Assembly: GCA_964391755.1 (NCBI GenBank)
Contig: CAYMNI010000001.1
Coordinates: 1-53,930 of the forward strand
Source: an uncultured Ignavibacteria bacterium
Lineage (GTDB): Bacteria; Zixibacteria; MSB-5A5; SM1-73
Direction of reading: 5' to 3'
DNA: 53,930 bases
Both the position numbers and the translations under genes were made by a program. A model generated the notes under the pieces. It made no database searches. It saw only the letters and a list, made by a program, of their open reading frames with translations, and was not told the origin of the DNA. This document shows, piece after piece, positions 25,916 to 34,546 of this stretch (within the stretch, counting starts at the first letter, position 1; each line of letters opens with the position of its first letter).

Positions 25916-27751
25916 CTAAAACATCCACGCCACCGACACCGCAACATAGTCGGATATCTCGCGACTACTTTGCGTTTCATCCTGCAGCCGGTGAGCTGCC
26001 GACAGATACAGGCGGTTGTCCTGGTCCACCAAGTACCCTAAGGATATGGATATCGATTTTCGAAGAAACCGATTCTCCAGAACCCGCCTTTCCTTGACTA
26101 TTTCCTCCTCTCCCTCCCCAATCTCCTTGGCCTCATGATTCCACGACTTCCTCTCTTCATACGTGTAACGGGGAGAGATGGAGAACTTTCTTGCGGGCCG
26201 GAAATCCAGCGACAGGCTTATAGCGTTGGTCCTTTGGTCCCGGCTTATTTTCTGCACCCATTGATCCTTCCAGATGAGCGGACCGTCGTCTTCGTATCGA
26301 TAAGTATAACCTGCGAAAAAGGTCATCTTCTCGTTGTATCTGTACACCACCTCGGAAGAAGAGCTGGCTCGTCGCAGAAGCGAGTTCCTGACGCTTTCGC
26401 TGGCCTTCTCATAGTCGTAGTACCGGTAATTGGCTTTTATGCTGTAACTCTGTTTCACGGTCAGTTTCCGGTAGGGAAGCCAGGTGAAGGTGGGGGACAG
26501 AAAGTAAGTTTGGTCGTGGTTGTTGTCGTACGAGTTCTGTTCCGACATGTAGGTTAAGTGGAAGTTTTTGAATCCTCCTTCCAGTCTCATATCCAAGAAT
26601 GAATTGAAGATATGAAGGTACTCCCCCCAAGCCAGCACGGTCAGTTTGTCGCGATCGTTGAACTGCCCGGAGGCAGGCGCGAAGAACGAGGTTACCCCGA
26701 CGGATGCGGTCAGATACAGAGAATCCGCCCGGCTTAAACCAGCTGCAATCCTCCCCCCCAGCTCACCCCCCTCCATTCTCTGATCACCCTCCTCCCCTAA
26801 ATAATTCCATTCCGATCGCAGGTACTTGTATACGCCCTCCACCAGAATCCTCTCCCAAAGCTTCCTTTCCAGCCGGAGATCGGCGACAAGCGAGCTTGAG
26901 AGAAGATAGTGATACAGAGAATCCTGATCGGCCGAATATCTCCTGTCTCGATCGTATAGGTAGTCCAGGTCGGCAATCAGCTTCACTCCCAAGCCGATCC
27001 CGCGCGAGGCGGACATGTTGACGTCACGACGGTTCTTCTTCTGAGTAATGCCGGTGAAGAATCTCTTCTTCTCCCAGGCTTCCTTATAGGTTACCTGAAT
27101 GCTGTCCTGTCGACAGTTTGTGTCTGATGAAGAGTTCAGACACCTGGAAAAAGAGATGTTCAAGTCTCTTTTATGAATGGGTATCTTTTTCAGCTCTAAA
27201 AGCGACTGGCTCAGAGAGATATCGGTTTGAGCCCCGGAAAGGATTCGGGGTGACCACGAGATGGTTTGACTGAAATTGATGCCTTGCTCGGATCTATCCG
27301 GCTGCGTCAACGTGTTGTCTTGGTTGTCTATGAATTTAGCCCCCACCGATTGGACCCAGCTGATTCCGGCAAAACTCAACCGGGTGCTGATTCCGGCATT
27401 CGAGGTAGTCGATTCAGTCTTTTCTGCGGAGTATCGGTCCTGGGAGAAGAAAGCTCCCACACTCAGCTTCCGGGTCAGACGGTAGTCCAAGCTCAAGTCG
27501 ACGCTTCCGTCCTCCTGTAACCTGTCCGGTCCGTCCGATCTTTTGGTCAGAATCGAGTTTACCGAACTTAGAAAATTCCAGGATAAAGCCAAGGTGCTGT
27601 CTCCGGCATGATCGAAGACGAAGTTCCAACTGTAAGTTCGACGATCCTGGGAGAAATCACTTCTCAGGCCATAGCAAAGACCTACCTGGGAAAGACCAAA
27701 TGTAAGAAGAATCGAGGTGATCAGTAGATGAAGATATCTCTTCATATCCAC
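25916..27751 (-). CDS. Large outer-membrane beta-barrel protein, family unknown
   Basis: 611 aa. Signal peptide MDMKRYLHLLITSILLTFGLSQVGLCYG, alternating-hydrophobic strand pattern throughout, terminal ...YVAVSVAWMF (aromatic C-terminus typical of BAM substrates). I recognise no POTRA, plug or OstA domain. Confidence 0.7.
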   Translation of the reverse strand: MDMKRYLHLLITSILLTFGLSQVGLCYGLRSDFSQDRRTYSWNFVFDHAGDSTLALSWNFLSSVNSILTKRSDGPDRLQEDGSVDLSLDYRLTRKLSVGAFFSQDRYSAEKTESTTSNAGISTRLSFAGISWVQSVGAKFIDNQDNTLTQPDRSEQGINFSQTISWSPRILSGAQTDISLSQSLLELKKIPIHKRDLNISFSRCLNSSSDTNCRQDSIQVTYKEAWEKKRFFTGITQKKNRRDVNMSASRGIGLGVKLIADLDYLYDRDRRYSADQDSLYHYLLSSSLVADLRLERKLWERILVEGVYKYLRSEWNYLGEEGDQRMEGGELGGRIAAGLSRADSLYLTASVGVTSFFAPASGQFNDRDKLTVLAWGEYLHIFNSFLDMRLEGGFKNFHLTYMSEQNSYDNNHDQTYFLSPTFTWLPYRKLTVKQSYSIKANYRYYDYEKASESVRNSLLRRASSSSEVVYRYNEKMTFFAGYTYRYEDDGPLIWKDQWVQKISRDQRTNAISLSLDFRPARKFSISPRYTYEERKSWNHEAKEIGEGEEEIVKERRVLENRFLRKSISISLGYLVDQDNRLYLSAAHRLQDETQSSREISDYVAVSVAWMF

Positions 27752-27767
27752 GGCCAGGGATAGTTCA

Positions 27768-28568
27768 TCACAAGAATTTGCTCAGAGCCGAGGACAGATT
27801 CGCGTATTCTTCGATGCTCAGCGTCTCGGGCCGTCTCCGCGGATCCACCTCGACGTCGTTTAAGATAAGTTCCAACTGTCGCTTTGGCAAATCCAAATTC
27901 GCCGATAGCGAATTGAGCACCGTTTTTCTTCTGTTTTGGAAAGCCGACCGGACCACTCTGAAAAACAGCTTCCTGTCGGCGAGAACAACTCGTGGTTGGG
28001 AAAGAAACGTTAGCCTGATCACCGACGAGTCCACCCGGGGAGCGGGAGAGAACGAGCCGGGCGTCAGATGAAAGAGGATTTCCAAGTCGGAGTGAAGCTG
28101 AATGGCGATGGACAAGGGAGACCAGTTCCGGCTTCCCGGATCGGCGCAAATCCTCATAGCCACCTCCTTCTGAACCATCAGCACACATAAAGAGATCAGG
28201 CTTTTTTGCTTCAGAAGGATTTCGAGAACGGGAGAGGTGATCTTGTAAGGCAGATTTCCCACGACCTTGCAGGTGTTCCACGGGCTCACCAGGCTTTCCA
28301 AATCCACCTGCAGAATGTCGGCATGTATTATATCCAGGTTCCCCCTGCCGCTGAACTTCCTTTGGAGAAGGTTGCACAATCTCCTGTCGATTTCGACTGC
28401 CATAACCTTCTTCGCCCTATCCAGAAGACGTCCGGTCAAAGCGCCCTTGCCTGCCCCTATCTCCAATACCGCCTCCTCTCCGCTCAGGCGCAGGTGGTCC
28501 ACGATCCTGCCGGCTGCTTCATCGTCGATAAGGAAATTCTGGCTTAGACTCTTGCGGGGTCTCACCAT
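27768..28568 (-). CDS. rsmA: 16S rRNA (adenine1518/1519-N6)-dimethyltransferase
   Basis: 266 aa. RPRKSLSQNFLID, VLEIGAGKGALT, VVGNLPYKITSP, and a C-terminal RRPETLSIEEY block. Confidence 0.95.
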   Translation of the reverse strand: MVRPRKSLSQNFLIDDEAAGRIVDHLRLSGEEAVLEIGAGKGALTGRLLDRAKKVMAVEIDRRLCNLLQRKFSGRGNLDIIHADILQVDLESLVSPWNTCKVVGNLPYKITSPVLEILLKQKSLISLCVLMVQKEVAMRICADPGSRNWSPLSIAIQLHSDLEILFHLTPGSFSPAPRVDSSVIRLTFLSQPRVVLADRKLFFRVVRSAFQNRRKTVLNSLSANLDLPKRQLELILNDVEVDPRRRPETLSIEEYANLSSALSKFL

Positions 28569-28646
28569 CGAAATCCGTCACATAAAGTGATTAGAAAGTT
28601 CCCTTGCCTGATAGGAGGCAGACATATGTTGGTTTGCTGGATGCAA

Positions 28647-30008
28647 TCATCCAACTCCGTTATAATGCCTTACTCTAAGTTCCGCCCCCAATTCCCCAGC
28701 GATTTTTTCACACCTCTTCAGATCCACTTCCGGCAGGTCCAGCACGGTCAGGATGGTTCTCGGCAGAAGCTTCCGGCACTCCTCAGCAAAGGCAATAACT
28801 TGCTCGAAAGCATTGCGAGCAAAACGTGGCCGGCAGAGTTGATCGTACTTCTGGCTGTCGTCCACGTTCAAGCTGATCGAGACTACGTCTATCAAGCCCA
28901 TCAGTTCCGGAACGATGTTTCTCTTATGAATCAGATTTCCCTGACCGTTGGTGTTGAGCCTCACCGTGGCACCCTGACTTTTAAGATACCGGGCTACCGA
29001 TTTCAGCAGATCCAAGCGCATGGTCGGTTCACCGTAGCCGCAGAAAACCACCTCTCGGTAGCTGTTCGAATCTCCCAGTGAGTCAATCACCTCTTGATAA
29101 GAGGGTTCATGATCCAGACGCAGGTTGTGGCCTTTGACGAAATCGGTGTAGTTGCGGATACAGAACATGCAGTTGTTGGAGCAGAGGTTGGTGATGTTCA
29201 GATAAAGGGAGTTGCGAATGGGATAGGCAATTTTGGGAGCGGACTTTCCGCCCAATTTGAAAAGACGATGTGCGTTCAGCGTTGTGATTCTGTCCAGGTC
29301 TTCGAAGGTGAGTGGAGAGAATATCCGGCTTAGTTTCTCGACTACGAATTTCACGTAAGCCGGTTGATTTCTCCGGCGTCGATGCGGCATCGGTGCTAGA
29401 TAGGGACAGTCGGTTTCCACCACAATCGATTCCAGTGGCAGCTCTTTGGCGACCTGCCAGGCATGGGAATGGGGATAGGTCAGCATTCCGCCGAAGCCCA
29501 GATGAAATCCCATCTCAAGTGCTTCTCTGGCTTGTTCGGCATTCCCGGAAAAGGCATGCAACACCCCTCCCACCGCAGCCTGGCTTCTTCTGAGAACTTC
29601 GAGCGCCTCATCCCATGCTTCCCGCACGTGCACCACCATGGGAAGCTTAAGTTCACCGGCTAAAGCGATCTGCTTTTCAAAGGCGGATATCTGGTCTTCT
29701 GGGGGTGAGAGATTTCGGTAAAAGTCCAGTCCCATCTCACCAATGGCCACTACTTTGGGGTGCTCTGCCAGCTTGGCGATTTCCCTGAGGGACTGATCCG
29801 TCAGGTCTTTCGAGTCGTGGGGATGAAATCCGACCACGGCATAAATCTCATTATGCTCTTCCGCCAGCCTGACGGAATTTCGGCTGCTGCTCAGATCGAC
29901 TCCCACGTTGACGATCTTCTCCACTCCATTGGAGAGGGCAAATGCTATAACCTGCTGTCTGTCTTTGTCGAACTGTTTGAAATCCAGATGGGCGTGTGTA
30001 TCTATCAC
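28647..30008 (-). CDS. Fusion protein: TatD-family metal-dependent hydrolase (aa 1-~252) + small radical SAM domain (aa ~258-453)
   Basis: 453 aa. TatD motifs MIDTHAHLDF, AIGEMGLDFY, PMVVHVREA, GVLHAFSG, VETDCPYLAP. C-terminal half: NITNLCSNNCMFCIRN (CxxxCxxC, nt ~29160-29183) and VVFCGYGEPTM (SAM-binding GGE-like motif). Confidence 0.85.
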   Translation of the reverse strand: MIDTHAHLDFKQFDKDRQQVIAFALSNGVEKIVNVGVDLSSSRNSVRLAEEHNEIYAVVGFHPHDSKDLTDQSLREIAKLAEHPKVVAIGEMGLDFYRNLSPPEDQISAFEKQIALAGELKLPMVVHVREAWDEALEVLRRSQAAVGGVLHAFSGNAEQAREALEMGFHLGFGGMLTYPHSHAWQVAKELPLESIVVETDCPYLAPMPHRRRRNQPAYVKFVVEKLSRIFSPLTFEDLDRITTLNAHRLFKLGGKSAPKIAYPIRNSLYLNITNLCSNNCMFCIRNYTDFVKGHNLRLDHEPSYQEVIDSLGDSNSYREVVFCGYGEPTMRLDLLKSVARYLKSQGATVRLNTNGQGNLIHKRNIVPELMGLIDVVSISLNVDDSQKYDQLCRPRFARNAFEQVIAFAEECRKLLPRTILTVLDLPEVDLKRCEKIAGELGAELRVRHYNGVG

Positions 30009-30184
30009 GGTAACTTAACGAGAACCGGAAGAAGTTGTGTTGGACAAGGGCTTGGATGATCGACCTGTTTGCCAGCCTGTCGCAGATGAACCGCAGGCCG
30101 AATCCTGCGCCTGGTAGACTATAGCGTATTATCACCGATCGGGGTGTATCTCCGGGCGTTTTGCCCGGCCTCGATACTCCGACT

Positions 30185-32110
30185 TCAATTCACCGATGAG
30201 CCGCCTTTAATCTCTTTTTCCGGGCAGATCAAGCTCAGCACCTTCCCGTCCTTTCCGGCAAGGAGCATGCCCTTGGACTCGACCCCTCTTATCTTCGCCG
30301 GCTTCAGATTGGCCACCACCACTATTCTCTTCCCGATCATCTCCTCCGGAGAATACTGCTCGGCGATTCCGGCCACGATCTGCCTGGTCTCGGAGCCCAA
30401 ATCGATCTTGAGTTTCAGGAGCTTGTCCGCACCCGGAACCCGCTCCGCCTCCAGCACCACCGCCACCCGCAGATCGACTTTGGAGAACTCCTCGTAGGAA
30501 ATTTCCTGGGGACTTTTCTGTTGGTTCACGATCACCTCGGGCTTTTCGGTTTTGATCTTCTTCTCAAGCCTGGGGAAGAGGGCCTCCAGCGTTCCGATTC
30601 TCTTTTCCGGCTCCAGCATTCCCCAAACCTCAGCGTCTTTGAGGCTCGGCTCACTCTTCTCGCCGGGAAGGCCCAGAAGCTCTCCGATTTTTTGGCACTT
30701 CTGCGGAAGCACAGGATAAAACAGAATCCCGATGATCCTCAACGTCTCGCAACTGGTGTAAAGAACCGTCGCCAACCTGTCTTCTTTACCGTCCCTTGCC
30801 AGTGCCCAGGGAGCTTGACTCTCAACGTATTTGTTGGCACTTTTAACCAGCGCCATGATTTGATCGATGGCCCGATTCAGATTGATCTTTTGAATGCTCT
30901 GCCAAACGATACCCGCACATCCGGCAGCTTCCTTTTTAAGCTCTTCGTCGGAGTCCTCATACTTGGAGGGACGGGGAATCACGCCCCCGCAGTAACTCCC
31001 CACCATCTTGATCACTCTGCTCACCAGATTCCCCAGGTCGTTGGCTAAATCGGCATTGTACTTTTCTACGAACTTCTCCGCCTGAATGTCTCCATCCTGA
31101 CCGAAGGGGAATTGGGTCAAGAGCAGGTATCGGGTAGCGTCTGATCCGTACTGCCGAACCAGGTATTCCGGATCGACCGCGTTCCCCAGGGTTTTGCTCA
31201 TCTTCTGCCCGTTTACGGTGAAGAATCCGTGGAGGAATATCTCGTCGGGAGGCTCCTCTCCCAAAGCCAGAAGCATGGCCGGCCAGAAGATGCAATGAAA
31301 CTTCAAAATGTCTTTGCCGATTAGGTGGGTCACTCTCCCCTCCTGCCACCATTTTTTAAACTGGGCCGGATCATCACCGTAGCCCACGGCGGAGATGTAG
31401 TTGGGAAGTGCGTCCACCCAAACGTAAGCATTCTGCTGCGGATCGAAGGGAAGCGGGATGCCCCAGGTTACCTTCTCCCGGGAGATGGAAAAATCATCCA
31501 GTCCCTGTTTGAGAAGCCCTAAAGTCTCCTTCTTTCTCTCCTCCGGGGAGATCTTCAGTCGGTCGGTGCGTATCAACTCCTCCACTTTCTGAAGGTAAGA
31601 GGAGAGCCGGAAGAAGTAATTCTTCTCCGTAACTCTCTTGGGCTGGCGAAGATGATCCGGACAGAGTCCGTCCACCAACTCCTTTTCGGTAATGAATTTC
31701 TCGCATCCCACACAGTAAAGCCCGGAGTACTCTCCCGGGTAGACGATTTTCTGCCCATCCTGGGTAACGGCTTGGTCGAGACGCGCAAGAAGTTTCTCCA
31801 CGGCCTGGTGATGGCGGGCGTCCGTGGTTCGCACGAAGTAATCGTAGGAGACATCCAGGCTGCTCCATGCCCTCTTGAAGTGACCGACGTTAAGGTCGCA
31901 CAATTCCTGCGGGGTTTTGCCGAATTTCTTTGCCGTCTCCTCCACTTTGGATCCATGTTCATCCGTGCCCGTTAGGAAAAAAGTATCCTCTCCCCCGGCT
32001 CGATGATAGCGACTCAACACGTCGGCCGCGATGGTAGTGTAAGCCTGACCTATATGTGGTTTGTCGTTGACGTAGTAAATGGGAGTGGTAACCATGAATC
32101 TTTGGGCCAA
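30185..32110 (-). CDS. metG: Methionine--tRNA ligase with C-terminal Trbp111-like tRNA-binding domain
   Basis: 641 aa. TTPIYYVNDKPHIGQAYT (HIGH), KMSKTLGN (KMSKS), zinc knuckle CVGCEKF...CPDH, C-terminal LRVAVVLEAERVPGADKLLKLKIDLG OB-fold. TTG start with AGGAGGAGG upstream. Confidence 0.95.
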   Translation of the reverse strand: MAQRFMVTTPIYYVNDKPHIGQAYTTIAADVLSRYHRAGGEDTFFLTGTDEHGSKVEETAKKFGKTPQELCDLNVGHFKRAWSSLDVSYDYFVRTTDARHHQAVEKLLARLDQAVTQDGQKIVYPGEYSGLYCVGCEKFITEKELVDGLCPDHLRQPKRVTEKNYFFRLSSYLQKVEELIRTDRLKISPEERKKETLGLLKQGLDDFSISREKVTWGIPLPFDPQQNAYVWVDALPNYISAVGYGDDPAQFKKWWQEGRVTHLIGKDILKFHCIFWPAMLLALGEEPPDEIFLHGFFTVNGQKMSKTLGNAVDPEYLVRQYGSDATRYLLLTQFPFGQDGDIQAEKFVEKYNADLANDLGNLVSRVIKMVGSYCGGVIPRPSKYEDSDEELKKEAAGCAGIVWQSIQKINLNRAIDQIMALVKSANKYVESQAPWALARDGKEDRLATVLYTSCETLRIIGILFYPVLPQKCQKIGELLGLPGEKSEPSLKDAEVWGMLEPEKRIGTLEALFPRLEKKIKTEKPEVIVNQQKSPQEISYEEFSKVDLRVAVVLEAERVPGADKLLKLKIDLGSETRQIVAGIAEQYSPEEMIGKRIVVVANLKPAKIRGVESKGMLLAGKDGKVLSLICPEKEIKGGSSVN

Positions 32111-32483
32111 TTCCTCCTCCTTATCTTAAATCACAGGCGAGCATTTCATACATAGATGGACCGAACCCGAATGATACTTGATCGGCTGTTTATCTATCGG
32201 ATGAACCTATGCTCGCTAAGTGATAATCGAAAAATAGATTCGCAGTAAAAATGGCTTCGCGCTGAAACATGTCGCTTCATACATCTTGTTGCGGCTACGC
32301 TTGCAGCTGTATCCAAAGCAATATGTGCAGGCCAGGGACCAAACGGCGGGAGAGCCTATCAGCATACCTCTCTTGCCAACAGCAGCTTAGCTGGCCATAT
32401 CTCATATTGTGGTTGAGGTCGCGATCAGAACCCGACTGAGGTTAAATCCTGAGCGGATGGGTGAACCTCTCCATCTTGATATC

Positions 32484-33401
32484 TCAGGAAGTTGACTCCC
32501 GGTTGTTCTTCACCTTGGATAGTTGCCTGGCTTGTTCCCTCTTTCTCTTTCTCAGTTGGGTTAGGGTGATCTTCTCTTCGTCACCCCCTTCGTGTCTCGC
32601 CACTATGTATTCCTTGAAGATGTTGACCTTCTCCACCACCGCTTCGCCCTTGTCCGTTTGTATCTTCTCCCCTGGTTTGGGGTATAAAGGCAGGGTCTTT
32701 TCATACACTTCCTTCTCATACCGCAAACAACAGAGAAGTCGTCCGCAGTTCCCCGATATCTTGGCCGGATTCAGAGACAGATTCTGTTCACGGGCCAGTT
32801 GGGTGGAAATGGGCTCGAACTCCCGGATGAAACTGGCGCAGCAGAGGGGCAGACCGCATACTCCGAAACCTCCGATTCTCCTGGCCTCGTCTCTTACCCC
32901 GATCTGCCTCAATTCGATGCGGGTTCTGTAGGTGGAGGCCAGCTCTTTCACCAGCTCCCGAAAGTCCACCCTCTTCTCCGCGGTGAAGAAGAAGGTTATC
33001 TTGTTATTGTCGAACTGAAGCTCCGCGTCCAAGAGCTTCATCTGCAAGTTTCTGTCGGAAGCCATCCTGGCGCATTCCTTCAGGCATTCCTTTTCCTTCT
33101 CTCGATTGGCAGCCAGCCTGTCTGAATCTTCCCTGGTGGCCAGGCGGAGAATCTTCCGCGGTCTCTTCTCTAAGGTCACCATCTCCGCCGGAACCCTCTT
33201 GGTCACCTTTCCCATGTCTTCCCCCCTTTCTGCCTGAACGATTACGTGTTCGTTAGGTTTGACGCTCAGGCAGTCGGGGTTGGCGAAATACTCTTTACGC
33301 GACCCCTTGAATTCCACCAGGTATATGTCGGACAGGTTTAGCTCTCCTGCTTCCCGTCCCTGCCCCATTCGTTTCTGCGCTCTTGAGTTGGTTTGATCCA
33401 T
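32484..33401 (-). CDS. ricT: PSP1 C-terminal domain protein (YaaT/RicT family)
   Basis: The track ORF starts at a GTG at 33494, inside holB. I prefer M32 at 33401, which overlaps the holB stop (TGATG coupling). Motifs: YLVEFKGSRKEYFANP, IVQAERGEDMGKV, cysteine cluster FGVCGLPLCCASF...GNCGRLLCCLRYE. Confidence 0.85.
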   Translation of the reverse strand: MDQTNSRAQKRMGQGREAGELNLSDIYLVEFKGSRKEYFANPDCLSVKPNEHVIVQAERGEDMGKVTKRVPAEMVTLEKRPRKILRLATREDSDRLAANREKEKECLKECARMASDRNLQMKLLDAELQFDNNKITFFFTAEKRVDFRELVKELASTYRTRIELRQIGVRDEARRIGGFGVCGLPLCCASFIREFEPISTQLAREQNLSLNPAKISGNCGRLLCCLRYEKEVYEKTLPLYPKPGEKIQTDKGEAVVEKVNIFKEYIVARHEGGDEEKITLTQLRKRKREQARQLSKVKNNRESTS

Positions 33402-34546
33402 CAGCACACCTCTCCGCTTCCCTGGGTCAGTTCCTTGATTCTCATACACAGGCTTAAAAGTCCCAACTTCTGGCTGGCGTTTCTCGCCTGGCACTCGTAT
33501 CTGATCCGATCGACCGTTTGGAATGCAAGCTCAATGGTATTTTGACGCTCGAACCTTTCCGATAGTTTGAGCAGATCGCCCGCTAAGTCGGAGTTGATCA
33601 ACCGCATCCGTCCTTCTTGAGCCATATACATGTCTCTTAGCGCAGAGGTGAAGAATTCGAGCAAATCCAGAATCGAGTTCTTGTCCCACCGCGCCAACAG
33701 CTCGTTAACCGCCTGTAAAATGGGGGCGGTTTCTCCTTCAACGGCTGCAGTCAAGAGTTTCAATCCGTCTTGGCGCAGAGTCTCTTTCTCACCCTGCAAC
33801 AGCTCCAAAGCCCTTCCGTAGCTGCCATTGCAGATGTCGGCTAAGTAAGTCGCCCTTTTCTGCTCCGTCTGGTAATCCGTCATCAGTCTATCTCTGATGG
33901 GCTCAGCCGGTATCTTGCCGAACCTTATCTGTTGGCAGCGTGAAACCACGGTGGGCAATAGCTTGTTCAGGTCGCTGGTGGTCAGGATTAGATTTGCGTC
34001 CGTCGGCGGTTCCTCAAGCGTTTTCAGAAGCGAGTTGGCGGACGAGTTGTGCATCTTTTCCGCCTCGGCTATTATGATCACTTTACGTCGGGCTTCAAAC
34101 GGCTTCAATGATATCTCTCTTTGCAGGTTGCGGATTTGCTCCACGGGAATGTTGACCGTCCGGTCGAACCTGGGTATGGCGTAAGGCTCTTGTATCTTGG
34201 CACTCTTATATTCCTCGATTTCCTTTTCCAGTCTTTCCTTTGGCTTGGTGGAGAAAGACGATTCCTTCTCACCTTTGTCCTTCGATCTGGCTGATGGCAC
34301 CGGGAAGATAACTTTCACGTCCGGATGGACCATTTTGTCGATTCTCAGGCAGGCGTCGCATTGGTCGCATGCTTCAGGTTGGTTTCTCTCGCAGTTAATC
34401 GCCTTGGCCAACTCCAGAGCCAGGGCCCATTTGCCTGTCCCCTGGTCCCCGTAAAAAAGGTAGGCAGAGGCCAGAAGGTCTTTACGTAGGGCACCGGTAA
34501 GTATCTTCTTGGGAACCTTCTGGTCTAAGACTCGGTTGAAGGACAT
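33401..34546 (-). CDS. holB: DNA polymerase III subunit delta'
   Basis: 381 aa. AYLFYGDQGTGKWALALELAKAINCE, zinc module CDQCDACLRI, IIIAEAEKMHNSSANSLLKTLEEPP, SRCQQIRF. Confidence 0.9.
   Translation of the reverse strand: MSFNRVLDQKVPKKILTGALRKDLLASAYLFYGDQGTGKWALALELAKAINCERNQPEACDQCDACLRIDKMVHPDVKVIFPVPSARSKDKGEKESSFSTKPKERLEKEIEEYKSAKIQEPYAIPRFDRTVNIPVEQIRNLQREISLKPFEARRKVIIIAEAEKMHNSSANSLLKTLEEPPTDANLILTTSDLNKLLPTVVSRCQQIRFGKIPAEPIRDRLMTDYQTEQKRATYLADICNGSYGRALELLQGEKETLRQDGLKLLTAAVEGETAPILQAVNELLARWDKNSILDLLEFFTSALRDMYMAQEGRMRLINSDLAGDLLKLSERFERQNTIELAFQTVDRIRYECQARNASQKLGLLSLCMRIKELTQGSGEVC

Noticed and set aside
25916-27751. Calling the 611-aa barrel LptD on the basis of the rsmA/pdx linkage
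   Set aside because: I see no OstA-like N-terminal beta-jellyroll domain, and the length is short for LptD. The synteny parallel is kept only as a hypothesis in the findings.
27742-28377. 211-aa minus-strand ORF in an alternative frame of rsmA that also overlaps the barrel gene start
   Set aside because: The rsmA frame carries all the KsgA motifs. The alternative-frame product is Arg/Gly/Ser-rich and would overlap two well-supported genes.
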